Source: Solirubrobacterales bacterium
GTDB taxonomy: Bacteria; Actinomycetota; Thermoleophilia; Solirubrobacterales; Solirubrobacteraceae
Length of the DNA: 64,000 bases
Assembly: GCA_038238015.1 (NCBI GenBank)
Contig: JBBRYA010000003.1
Location: 14,462 to 78,461 of the forward strand
Direction: 5' to 3'
Below, in pieces: positions 51,780 through 60,080 of the stretch (position 1 is its first letter; each line of letters opens with the position of its first letter). The position numbers and the translations under genes were made by a program. The notes beneath the pieces were generated by a model. The model saw nothing but the letters and a program-made list of their open reading frames with translations. It was not told the origin of the DNA and ran no database searches.

Positions 51780-52297
51780 CCGGCGAGGATGACCTCCAGG
51801 TTCCGCCTCTCCAGGCCGAGGCGTTGCTGGCGACGCTGATCGAGCATCGTGTCGAGTTCGTCGTGATAGGTGGCTTTGCGCTGGCCGCCCACGGAGTGGT
51901 GCGCGGCACGAAAGACGTTGACATTTTTCCGGCACCGGAGCCGGAGAACCGCGCCCGGCTTGGGATCGCGCTGCAGGCGCTTCGTGCCGAGGTCCTGCTC
52001 GCCGACGACTTCGACCCTGCCGAGCTGGGCATCGCGCCGGACGCCGACGGGCTGGCCCTCGGCGGAAACTGGGTGCTGCGTACCCGCCTCGGGCGACTCG
52101 ACGTCATGCAGGATGTGGCGGGAGCGGCCGACTACAACTCGCTCGCGGCGGGAGCGGTGGAGCACGAGGTCGCGGGCGCGGGCCCGGTGAAGTTCGCAGG
52201 CCTCGACGATCTCATCGCCATGAAGGTGGCGGCCGGCCGACCTCAGGACGAGATCGACGTCGTCAGCCTCGAGCGCGCGCGCCGCCCTCGAGAATAA
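51776..52297 (+). CDS. nucleotidyltransferase-fold protein (candidate toxin partner of the HTH protein)
   Basis: FVVIGGFALAAHGVVRGTKDVDIF matches the GG..A...G..R.T.D.D minimal nucleotidyltransferase signature. The 173-aa protein is translationally coupled to the HTH gene. Confidence 0.6.
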   Translation: MTGEDDLQVPPLQAEALLATLIEHRVEFVVIGGFALAAHGVVRGTKDVDIFPAPEPENRARLGIALQALRAEVLLADDFDPAELGIAPDADGLALGGNWVLRTRLGRLDVMQDVAGAADYNSLAAGAVEHEVAGAGPVKFAGLDDLIAMKVAAGRPQDEIDVVSLERARRPRE

Positions 52298-52302
52298 GGC
52301 AG

Positions 52303-53136
52303 CTACAGCCGGCCGCGCAGGTGGCGCGCGTACTGCCGCGCGAAGCCGCTCACGAAGCGCGGGTTGTAGAGCAGGTAGCGCTTCCACAGCCGCCGCGGCT
52401 CCTGGGAGAGGCGGAACGCCCACTCCAGCCCGAGGCGCTGCAGCCAGTTCGGGGCCTGGCGCTTGATTCCGGCGTGGAAGTCGAACGCGGCGCCGACGCC
52501 GACGAGCACGGGGACCTCGAGGCGCTCGCGCATCTCGAACATCCACTTCTCCTGCAGCGGGACGCCGAGGCCGACCCAGACGACGTCGGCCCCGGAGGCG
52601 TTGATCTCGGCGGCGATCGCGTCGGCCTCCGCAGGCTCGAGGCGCCGGAAGGGCGCGAAGCGGGTGCCGACGATGCGCAGGCCCGGGTAGCGGCGCGGGA
52701 GGGCCTCGGCGAGCGTGGCGAGCGTGCTCTCGCGGCCGCCGTAGAGGTAGAAGCGCTGGCCGGTGCGGGCGGCGCGCTCGCAGGCGCGCGCCATCAGGTC
52801 GGGCCCGTAGACGCGCTCGTTGAGGCTGTGGCCGAGCAGGTTCATACCCCACACGAGCGGCTGGCCGTCCGGGACCGTGAAGTCGGCGGCGAGCACCGCG
52901 GCGCGCAGCTCGGGGTCCTCCTGGCAGGCCATCACGGTGTGCACGGCGGCGACGCAGACGTACCCGCGGGCCCGGCGCTCGGCGGTCGCCGCGATCCAGT
53001 CGAGCGTGCGCTCGTAGTCGGTCAGCGCGAGCGGGATGCCCAGGATCTCCACGGTGGCCACGGTCGGGAGGGCGAGGGCTTCGGAGGGCGTGGAGAGGGC
53101 GGCCATGACGGGTGTTGCAACGAGGGCCGAAGCCAT
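52303..53136 (-). CDS. WecB/TagA/CpsF-family glycosyltransferase (GT26)
   Basis: ...TVPDGQPLVWG..., ...FYLYGG..., VWVGLGVPLQEKW and ...GVGAAFDFHAG...RAP.WLQRLGLEW.FRL..EP.R are all family hallmarks. Confidence 0.9.
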   Translation of the reverse strand: MASALVATPVMAALSTPSEALALPTVATVEILGIPLALTDYERTLDWIAATAERRARGYVCVAAVHTVMACQEDPELRAAVLAADFTVPDGQPLVWGMNLLGHSLNERVYGPDLMARACERAARTGQRFYLYGGRESTLATLAEALPRRYPGLRIVGTRFAPFRRLEPAEADAIAAEINASGADVVWVGLGVPLQEKWMFEMRERLEVPVLVGVGAAFDFHAGIKRQAPNWLQRLGLEWAFRLSQEPRRLWKRYLLYNPRFVSGFARQYARHLRGRL

Positions 53137-53266
53137 CCGTTGCGAGGACTCGGGTCTCCTCCTACCCGGAGCGCCCGAGCAGGATCACCTGCCCCCACCT
53201 GCCGTGCGCAGCGTACTTGCCGGACATGCGCAGACTACGGCGGCCCCTCGGTCTAATGTCGCCGCG

Positions 53267-54238
53267 ATGCCGTCCGTCCTCTTCCTCGCCGATCCCGGCG
53301 AGGACTACGTCGCCGACACCCTGCTGCACGGGCTGCGCTCGCTGCTCGGGGCTCAGGTCGTCGATGTGCCCAGGCGGGCGGCGCTGTACCGCGACCACCC
53401 GGACCTCGGGTCGCTCTACGGGCGCGGGTTCTCGATCTACGGGCTGCTTGAGGACGTCGAGGTGGACCGGTCGCGCCCGTTGGAGCGCGCGGCGGAGGGC
53501 GAGTTCGACCTCGTGGTGCTCGGGACGATCTGGCGCGACTGGCACTGGTGGGAGCGCGTCTGGGCGGCGGCCGGCGAGCGCGCGCGCTACGCGTTCGTCG
53601 ACGGCGCCGACGTCGAGTGGGCCTATCCCTACGGCCCGACCTGGTGGAAGTCCCCCGCGCGCTGGCGGCTGCCGCGCGCGCACACCCGCGGCCCCTACTT
53701 CAAGCGCGAGTGGACGCGCGCCACCGACGTGCTGGCCGGCCGGGCGCTGGCGCTGCACCCGATCGCGATGTCCTATCCGGCCGAGAAGGTCCTGGCGGCG
53801 GCCCCCGCCAAGGCGAAGGACTTCCCGGCGCACGTGGTCGACGCGGAGCTCGCGGAGCGCCTCGGCGAGGGCGCCACGGGCTACGCCTTCTCCGACGAGG
53901 CGGGCTACCGCGCCGACCTGCAGGCCTCGCGCTTCGGCATCACCACCAAGCGCCGGGGGTGGGACGCGCTGCGCCACTACGAGATCGCCGCCAACGGCGC
54001 CGTGCCGTGCTTCCGCCGCCTCGGGGCCAAGCCGCCGCGCTGCGCTCCGCACGGGCTGCGCGCGGGCGTGAACTGCCTCGCCTACGAGGGTGCCGAGGAC
54101 CTGCTCGCGCAGGTCGCCGGAGTGGGCGAGGAGCGCTACGCCGAGCTGCAGGCCGGCGCGCTGGCCTGGGCGGGGGAGAACACCACGGTGCGGCGCGCCG
54201 AGCGCTTCCTGGACTCGGCGGGTGTGCCGTGGCGGTGA
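53267..54238 (+). CDS. hypothetical protein with CgeB-like glycosyltransferase C-terminal motif
   Basis: The ATG at 53267 gives 323 aa. ...SRFGITTKRRGWDALRHYEIAANGAVPCF...CLAYEGAEDLL resembles the Glyco_trans_1_2 signature. The N-terminal half is not recognised. Confidence 0.55.
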   Translation: MPSVLFLADPGEDYVADTLLHGLRSLLGAQVVDVPRRAALYRDHPDLGSLYGRGFSIYGLLEDVEVDRSRPLERAAEGEFDLVVLGTIWRDWHWWERVWAAAGERARYAFVDGADVEWAYPYGPTWWKSPARWRLPRAHTRGPYFKREWTRATDVLAGRALALHPIAMSYPAEKVLAAAPAKAKDFPAHVVDAELAERLGEGATGYAFSDEAGYRADLQASRFGITTKRRGWDALRHYEIAANGAVPCFRRLGAKPPRCAPHGLRAGVNCLAYEGAEDLLAQVAGVGEERYAELQAGALAWAGENTTVRRAERFLDSAGVPWR

Positions 54239-55698
54239 ACGACCCCGACCTCGACATCCTGGACTCCAACCGAGCGGGCGGGAAGGCGATCCGCGGGGGC
54301 GCGCTGCGGACGCTCTCCTACTTCGCGGCGATGCTGCTCTCGCTGGCGTCGGTGCCGTTCATGACGCGGCACCTGGGGACGGTGGACTACGGCTACTTCG
54401 TCGCGGTCTCGTCAATCATCTTCATCATCGGCGGCTTCACCGAGGCGGGGCTGACCAACCTCGGGATCCGCGAGTACTCGGTGCTCGACGGCGAGGCGCG
54501 CGACCGCTTCCTGCGCGAGCTGGTCGGGCTGCGCCTGGCGCTCACGGTGATCGGGGTGCTCGTCGCCACCGCCTTCGCCTGGGTGACCGGCGCGCGGCCG
54601 GTCGTCGTGCAGGGCACGTTCGTCGCGGGCGTCGGGCTGCTGCTCACGCTGACCCAGCAGACCTACATGGTCTCGCTGACCGCGCGGCTGCGCTTCGGCT
54701 GGGTGAGCGCGCTCGAGCTGATCAAGCACGCGACGATCTCGGTGGGCATCGTCGCGCTCGTGCTGGCCGGCGCGTCGCTGCTGCCGTTCTTCTTCACGAG
54801 CGTCGCCGGCGGGCTGATCATGCTCGCCTGCACGCTGCTGGTCCTGCGCACGGAGTCGGCGCTGCTGCCGGCCTATGACCGCGCGCGCTGGAAGCGCATG
54901 TTGCGCGACGTCGCCCCCTACGCGCTCGCCGCCGCGGTCGGGCTCATCTACTTCCGCCTGGCGATCATCCTCATGAGCTACATCGCGCCGGAGTCCGAGA
55001 CCGGCATCTACGGCGCGGCCTACCGGGTGGTGGAGACCGTCGGGGTGATCCCGTGGCTGGTGATCTCGGCCGGCTTCCCGATCCTCGCGCGGGCGGCCCG
55101 CGACGACGCGGGGCGCCTGCGCTACGCGCTGCAGCGGCTCTTCGACGTCTCCGCCCTGATGGGGACGCTGATCTCGATGTGCGTGGCGATCGGCGCGCCG
55201 TTCGCGATCGAGGTCGTGGCGGGGCCGAAGTTCGCCGCGTCGGTCGGCGTGCTGCGGCTGCAGGCGCTGTCGCTGGTGACGGCGTTCCTGGTGGCGACGT
55301 GGTCCTTCGCGCTGCTCTCGCTCAAGCGCTACGCCGCGCTGCTGATCCCGAACGCCGCGGCGGCGATCGCGGCGGGGGTGCTCACGCTCGTGCTCGTGCC
55401 AGGGCTCGGCGCCAAGGGCGCGGCGCTGGCGACGTTCGGCTCCGAGGCGGTGCTGGCCCTTGGCTACCTGCTGGCGCTGCGCCGCACCGACCCAGAGCTC
55501 GTGCCCTCGCTGGGGATCCTGCCGCGGCTGGCGCCCTCGCTGGCGGCGGGCGCTGCGATCGGGGTGTTCGTGCCGGCGCACCCGGTGATCCTCGTCGCGC
55601 TCGCCGCCCTCGCCTACCTGGCGCTCGCGTTCGCGTTCCGCGCGATCCCGCCGGAGCTGGTCAACGCCGCGCTGCGGCGCGACCCGCCGCCGTTGTAG
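54229..55698 (+). CDS. wzx: Wzx-type polysaccharide flippase (MOP superfamily), copy 2
   Basis: About 12-14 TM helices. The start is GTG 54229 or 54235, overlapping the upstream stop. The upstream 227 codons of the ORF-track entry are an out-of-frame artefact over the previous gene. Confidence 0.85.
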   Translation: MAVNDPDLDILDSNRAGGKAIRGGALRTLSYFAAMLLSLASVPFMTRHLGTVDYGYFVAVSSIIFIIGGFTEAGLTNLGIREYSVLDGEARDRFLRELVGLRLALTVIGVLVATAFAWVTGARPVVVQGTFVAGVGLLLTLTQQTYMVSLTARLRFGWVSALELIKHATISVGIVALVLAGASLLPFFFTSVAGGLIMLACTLLVLRTESALLPAYDRARWKRMLRDVAPYALAAAVGLIYFRLAIILMSYIAPESETGIYGAAYRVVETVGVIPWLVISAGFPILARAARDDAGRLRYALQRLFDVSALMGTLISMCVAIGAPFAIEVVAGPKFAASVGVLRLQALSLVTAFLVATWSFALLSLKRYAALLIPNAAAAIAAGVLTLVLVPGLGAKGAALATFGSEAVLALGYLLALRRTDPELVPSLGILPRLAPSLAAGAAIGVFVPAHPVILVALAALAYLALAFAFRAIPPELVNAALRRDPPPL

Positions 55699-55713
55699 TA
55701 CACAGGCCGTGCC

Positions 55714-55980
55714 GTGGCGTGTAGGCTGGATGTGGTGGAGCGCCTGAACATCACACTCGACGCGCAGCGGTCGGCGAAGCTCGCCCAGATGGCCGAGCGC
55801 ATGCACGTCCAAGCCGGCACCCTCGCCCGGTCTCTGCTGTCAGGAGCGCTCGACGAGGCCGATCCCGATGCGCGCAACGTCGTCGAGCTACTCGACGGCA
55901 TCCCGGGGGCGCATGCGCGGGCCCAGGCGGGCCTCCGCGATGCGAAGGCGGGACGGACCGTCCCGCTCGACGAGCTCTGA
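55714..55980 (+). CDS. ribbon-helix-helix (CopG-like) antitoxin
   Basis: ERLNITLDAQRSAKLAQMAERMHVQAGTLARSLL has a beta-strand/helix/helix pattern. It lies 4 nt upstream of a ParE/RelE-like ORF. The real start may be GTG 55732/55735. Confidence 0.65.
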   Translation: MACRLDVVERLNITLDAQRSAKLAQMAERMHVQAGTLARSLLSGALDEADPDARNVVELLDGIPGAHARAQAGLRDAKAGRTVPLDEL

Positions 55981-55984
55981 GCCG

Positions 55985-56284
55985 ATGCCCTCGGTCGAGC
56001 TGGCTGCGACGGCCATCGCCGATCTCGACTCCCTGATCCTGACCCACAGCCTTCCGGCCGACACGAAGCAGCGCCTTCGCAGGGCGCTGCGCCCGCTCGG
56101 GCAGTTTCCACGCATGGGACCAGAGCTGACCGGTCGCTGGCAGGGCTTCCGGTTCGTGCTCGGACCGTGGCGCTGGCTCCTCGTGGTCTACGTCTTCCTG
56201 GAATCCGAGGACCGCGTCGTCGTCGTCACGATCCAGGACGCGCGCTCGTCCAGCGCCGTCACCGCCGTGAGGGAGCCAGAGTGA
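55985..56284 (+). CDS. RelE/ParE-family toxin
   Basis: 99 aa. A.AD.DSLI......P........L..L..FP..G..L......FR.......L.VY........VVVV.I.D.R is the typical ParE/RelE profile. Its stop overlaps the GTG of the next GT4 gene. Confidence 0.7.
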   Translation: MPSVELAATAIADLDSLILTHSLPADTKQRLRRALRPLGQFPRMGPELTGRWQGFRFVLGPWRWLLVVYVFLESEDRVVVVTIQDARSSSAVTAVREPE

Positions 56285-57408
56285 GCCGCCCGCGCGTCGT
56301 GCAGCTGCGCGGCCACAACGTCAACCCGTGGGACCTGCGGCCGCTGGAGCGGCTGGCCGAGGACTACCGGATCTCGGTGCTGCTCACGGGCTCGAACCTG
56401 CACCGCACCGAGGGCCTTGACCTCGAGCTCGTCCCGGCGCGCACCCCGCGCGACGTGCTGCCGGCGGGACGCGCGGCGGGGGCCGCGGCGTACGCGCTCG
56501 GGGAGCGCTATCTCGGCCTGCGCGAGCGCATCGCGGGCGCCGACGTCGTCCACGCGGCGGAGATCGGCACCTGGTTCAGCGCGCAGGCGGCGGGGCTGCG
56601 CGACGCGCTCGGCTTCAGGCTCGTGCTCACGGTGTGGGAGACGATCGCGTGGCGCGACGCGTACCGCTGGCGGCGCGAGCGCGCCTACCGCCGCGCGGTG
56701 CTCGGCAAGGTCGACCTGTTCCTCCCGGCGACCGAGCGCGCGCGCGACGCGCTGCTGCTGGAGGGCGCGCCGGCGGACCGGATCGAGGTCTGCCCGCCGG
56801 GGATCGAGCTCGAGCGCTTCGCCGCGGCGGCGGCGGCGGGCGGCGACGGCGACGGCGACGGGCCGATCCTCTCGGCGGGGCGGCTGGTGTGGGAGAAGGG
56901 CCACCAGGACGTGCTGCGCGCGTTCGCGGCGCTGCGCGGAGGGCTGTCCGGGGAGCCGCGGGCGGACCTGCGGCTGCTGATCGTCGGCGACGGGCCCGAG
57001 GGCGCGCGGCTGCGCGCCTACGCCGCTGAGCTCGGGGTCGCCGAGCACGTCGACTTCCGAGCGACCGTGCCCTACGACGCGATGCCCGCGCTGTACGCGA
57101 GCGCCCGCTGCCTCGTGCTCGCCTCCCTGCCGGCGAAGGGCTGGGAGGAGCAGTTCGGGATGGTGCTGGTCGAGGCGATGGCCGCGGGCACGCCGGTGGT
57201 CGCGTGCGCGAGCGGCGCGATCCCCGAGGTGCTCGCCGGCGCGGGCGCGCTCGTCGAGCCGGGCGACTGGCGCGGGCTCGCGCGTGCGCTGGCCGACCCG
57301 CCGGCGCCGGCCGCGGACGCCGCTGCACGCCTCGAGCGCTACTCCGCCGCGGCGGCCGCCCAGCGCATCGGCGCGGCGTACGCGAGGGTGCTCGCGGGCC
57401 CGGGGTAG
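56281..57408 (+). CDS. glycosyltransferase family 4
   Basis: C-terminal ...LASLPAKGWEEQFGMVLVEAMAAGTPVVA. GTG 56281 overlaps the toxin stop (GTGA). Confidence 0.85.
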   Translation: MSRPRVVQLRGHNVNPWDLRPLERLAEDYRISVLLTGSNLHRTEGLDLELVPARTPRDVLPAGRAAGAAAYALGERYLGLRERIAGADVVHAAEIGTWFSAQAAGLRDALGFRLVLTVWETIAWRDAYRWRRERAYRRAVLGKVDLFLPATERARDALLLEGAPADRIEVCPPGIELERFAAAAAAGGDGDGDGPILSAGRLVWEKGHQDVLRAFAALRGGLSGEPRADLRLLIVGDGPEGARLRAYAAELGVAEHVDFRATVPYDAMPALYASARCLVLASLPAKGWEEQFGMVLVEAMAAGTPVVACASGAIPEVLAGAGALVEPGDWRGLARALADPPAPAADAAARLERYSAAAAAQRIGAAYARVLAGPG

Positions 57409-57440
57409 ACGCGGGCCTCCCATCCTGGTTGGGTGGGCCG

Positions 57441-59387
57441 ATGCGCCGATGCGTCCTGCTCGCTGCAGTGTTCGCACTGACCCTCCTCGCCGCCGCGCCG
57501 GGCGCACAGGCGGTCACGACCTACCGGGGGCAGTGGCAGTGCAACGACCGCGGGGCGGTGCGGTCCGTACCTGGCGCCGAGCTCGAGCTGTGGGGGCGCG
57601 GGTGGGAGTGGCTGCCGGTCGCAGTCGCCGGCCGGCGGGTTGCCCAGAGCCGAACCGCTGAGGACGGGACGTTCACCTTCCGGAGTCCGAGCGATCCCGA
57701 CAAGTACTTCGCGCGGGTCGTCATGCAGGACAACCGAGGGCTTCACGTCAGGCCCTCGATCGCCTTCACCGACTCCTACTTCGACTCGAGCCTGCTCGCG
57801 AACGACGTTCCGAGCCAGGACTTCGGCGGGATCCTGTCGGGCGGCGGCGCGCACTCGCCCGCCTGCGCGATCTACTCGGCCTTCCATGACGCCGACTCCG
57901 ACTACCGGGCAGTCGTGGGGGCCGCGCCGCCGTTCTCGGCGCTGACCATCGACCTCGTCACGCCGTTGATCAGCGTTCCCGTGACCGTGCCCGGCTCGGT
58001 CCTGCTGCCGTTCAGCTACGACCTCGGCAGCACGCCCGGCCTCTCGACGGTCGCCCCACACGAGTACGCCCACGCCTTCCGGTACGGACTCGACGGGAAC
58101 CTCGGCCACTACCTCCTCGACTTCGCCAGCTACGACTACACGCTCGTGCACCCGGCCTGCGCCCGGACGAACGAGGGCTTCGCGTTCAACGAGGGGTGGG
58201 CGCAGTACTGGTCGCGCGAGATCACCGGCCAGCCGGACTGCCCTGGGGTGGCGAACACCGACTATCGGTACGAGGGGCGCGTGGCCGCGGGGCTCGCCGA
58301 CCTCGAGGCGCGCTGCGCGGGGGGGAGCCGCGCGACGATGGTCGGCGTGCTCAGGGCCAACCCTGGCGTCATCCACTCCTTCGGGGCGTTCCGCGACCGC
58401 CTGACCTGTCCCGCGCCCGCGCCGGCTCCGGTGCTGCCGCACGCCTCGGGGCCGTTCCAGCCGGTCCTCGGCGCGGGGTTCGTGGCCGCGGCGCTGCGCG
58501 TCCAGATCCACGGGCTGAGCAAGGACATCAGCGCGCTGAACGGCCGGCTTCCGGCCGCGGCGCGGGCGGTCAGGCACGCGCCGCCCTGCCTGCACGTCCC
58601 GTGCCTGCGCACGCTCGCGGCCGAGACGCGCGCCCCTGGCCTGCGCGGCGAGATCGCGCTGGTGGGCCTGCAGCGCGCATCGCTTCGCGGGCTGCTGGTG
58701 CCGGCGACCAGGCAAAGACTGGGATCGGAGAGCCCCAACGCGTTGTCGGTCGATCTCACTGCGCGCTCGCGGACCCTGTCACGCGCGGTGGCACGCAGCG
58801 GGCGCTCCATGCTCCGGGAGATCCTGCGCGGTGCGGCTCCGGTGCTGCGCCGCGATCACAGCCGCACCACGCGGCGCTTCGCCCGCCAGATGCGGGCGGA
58901 GCTCGCGCAGCTCGGACGGGCGGTCCACGGCGGACCGCTGCCGCCCAGCTTCGCGGCGTTCGTGGACCTGGCAGGGCCGCCCAAGCACGTCCCCGCGCGG
59001 TCCTTCCCTCCGTACGTCCCGGGCTTCCCGGCTGCACCCTCGCCGGCGCCGAACCCAACCGCGACCCCGAGCCCGACCCCCACGCCGGACAACCGGACGG
59101 CCACCCAGCTCACGCTGAGCTGCCCATCGAGCAGCTCGGGCGCAAAGCCCGTCGACATCTCCGGCAACCTCTCGCCGACCGTCGCCGGCGCGACGATCCA
59201 CTTGAGCTACTCGGCGCCCAAGGCAGGGCAGAGCACCCGGAATGTGACCACCGACGCCAACGGCGACTACCACGACTCGTTCACGCCGACCTCGAGCGAG
59301 ACCTACACGATCCAGGCCTCCTGGGACGGCGACAGCGGTCACAAGCCAGCGAGCTCACCGGCGTGCTCGGTGAACGTCACGCCCTGA
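57441..59387 (+). CDS. secreted putative zinc metallopeptidase (HExxH...NEGxA, gluzincin-like) with Pro/Thr linker and C-terminal Ig-like domain
   Basis: Signal peptide MRRCVLLAAVFALTLLAAAPGAQA. HEYAH is followed about 34 residues later by NEGFAFNEGWAQYW. A PSPAPNPTATPSPTPTP linker precedes a beta-rich C-terminal ~95 aa. Confidence 0.65.
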   Translation: MRRCVLLAAVFALTLLAAAPGAQAVTTYRGQWQCNDRGAVRSVPGAELELWGRGWEWLPVAVAGRRVAQSRTAEDGTFTFRSPSDPDKYFARVVMQDNRGLHVRPSIAFTDSYFDSSLLANDVPSQDFGGILSGGGAHSPACAIYSAFHDADSDYRAVVGAAPPFSALTIDLVTPLISVPVTVPGSVLLPFSYDLGSTPGLSTVAPHEYAHAFRYGLDGNLGHYLLDFASYDYTLVHPACARTNEGFAFNEGWAQYWSREITGQPDCPGVANTDYRYEGRVAAGLADLEARCAGGSRATMVGVLRANPGVIHSFGAFRDRLTCPAPAPAPVLPHASGPFQPVLGAGFVAAALRVQIHGLSKDISALNGRLPAAARAVRHAPPCLHVPCLRTLAAETRAPGLRGEIALVGLQRASLRGLLVPATRQRLGSESPNALSVDLTARSRTLSRAVARSGRSMLREILRGAAPVLRRDHSRTTRRFARQMRAELAQLGRAVHGGPLPPSFAAFVDLAGPPKHVPARSFPPYVPGFPAAPSPAPNPTATPSPTPTPDNRTATQLTLSCPSSSSGAKPVDISGNLSPTVAGATIHLSYSAPKAGQSTRNVTTDANGDYHDSFTPTSSETYTIQASWDGDSGHKPASSPACSVNVTP

Positions 59388-59432
59388 AGGTCCGGCCGTC
59401 CGGAACGGGCGCCGCCTAGACTCGCCGGCCTG

Positions 59433-60080
59433 ATGTCCTCGGTCTCGGCTCCCAAGCCCGCCGGCTACTACGGCCTCGAGCGCGCCGACGTCGTCGCCGA
59501 GCTGCCGCGGCCGATCGGGCGCGCGCTCGACGTCGGCTGCGGCGAGGGCGGCGTCGGCAGGGCGCTGCGCGCGGCGGGCGCGGAGTCCGTCAGCGGCATC
59601 GAGATCGAGCCCGCGGCGGCGGAGCTGGCGCGCGCCGTGGTCGACGACGTCTACGCCGGCTCGGTTGAGGACGCGCTGGCCTCCGGCGAGCTGAGCGGGC
59701 CGTTCGACACGATCTGCTGCTACGACGTGCTCGAGCACCTGGTGGACCCCGAGCCGGTGCTGCGCGCGCTGCGCGAGCGCGCCGCCCCGGGCGGACGGCT
59801 GCACGTCTCGATCCCCAACGCGCGCCACTTCTCGCTGCTCTGGGACCTCGGGGTGCGCGGGACCTTCGGCTACGCGGAGTTCGGGCACCGCGACGCGACC
59901 CACCTGCGCTGGTACACCCGCCGCGACGTCATCGCGCTCGTCGGGCGCACCGGGTGGGACGTGCAGTGGGCGCTGGCAGACACCTTCCGCGGACGCAACC
60001 GCTACGCGGACCGCGCGACGTTCGGCCGCGCCCGCGAGCTTCTGGCGCTGCAGTGGCACGTGCTCGCGCACGCGGCGTAG
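59433..60080 (+). CDS. class I SAM-dependent methyltransferase
   Basis: ALDVGCGEGGVG..., FDTICCYDVLEHLVDP and ...APGGRLHVSIPN. Confidence 0.85.
   Translation: MSSVSAPKPAGYYGLERADVVAELPRPIGRALDVGCGEGGVGRALRAAGAESVSGIEIEPAAAELARAVVDDVYAGSVEDALASGELSGPFDTICCYDVLEHLVDPEPVLRALRERAAPGGRLHVSIPNARHFSLLWDLGVRGTFGYAEFGHRDATHLRWYTRRDVIALVGRTGWDVQWALADTFRGRNRYADRATFGRARELLALQWHVLAHAA

Noticed and set aside
53548-54228. N-terminal 227-codon extension of the flippase ORF (53548..55698), and the 53036 start of the preceding ORF.
   Set aside because: The extensions are Arg/Gly/Pro-rich. They overlap the better-supported frame of 53267..54238 or the divergent intergenic region. The membrane protein begins at the GTG at 54229/54235.
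59388-59432. Short tccgg...ccgga stem after the metallopeptidase gene as a terminator.
   Set aside because: The stem is only 5 bp with no T-tract, and the next gene on the same strand starts 45 nt downstream. It is more likely just an intergenic spacer within an operon.
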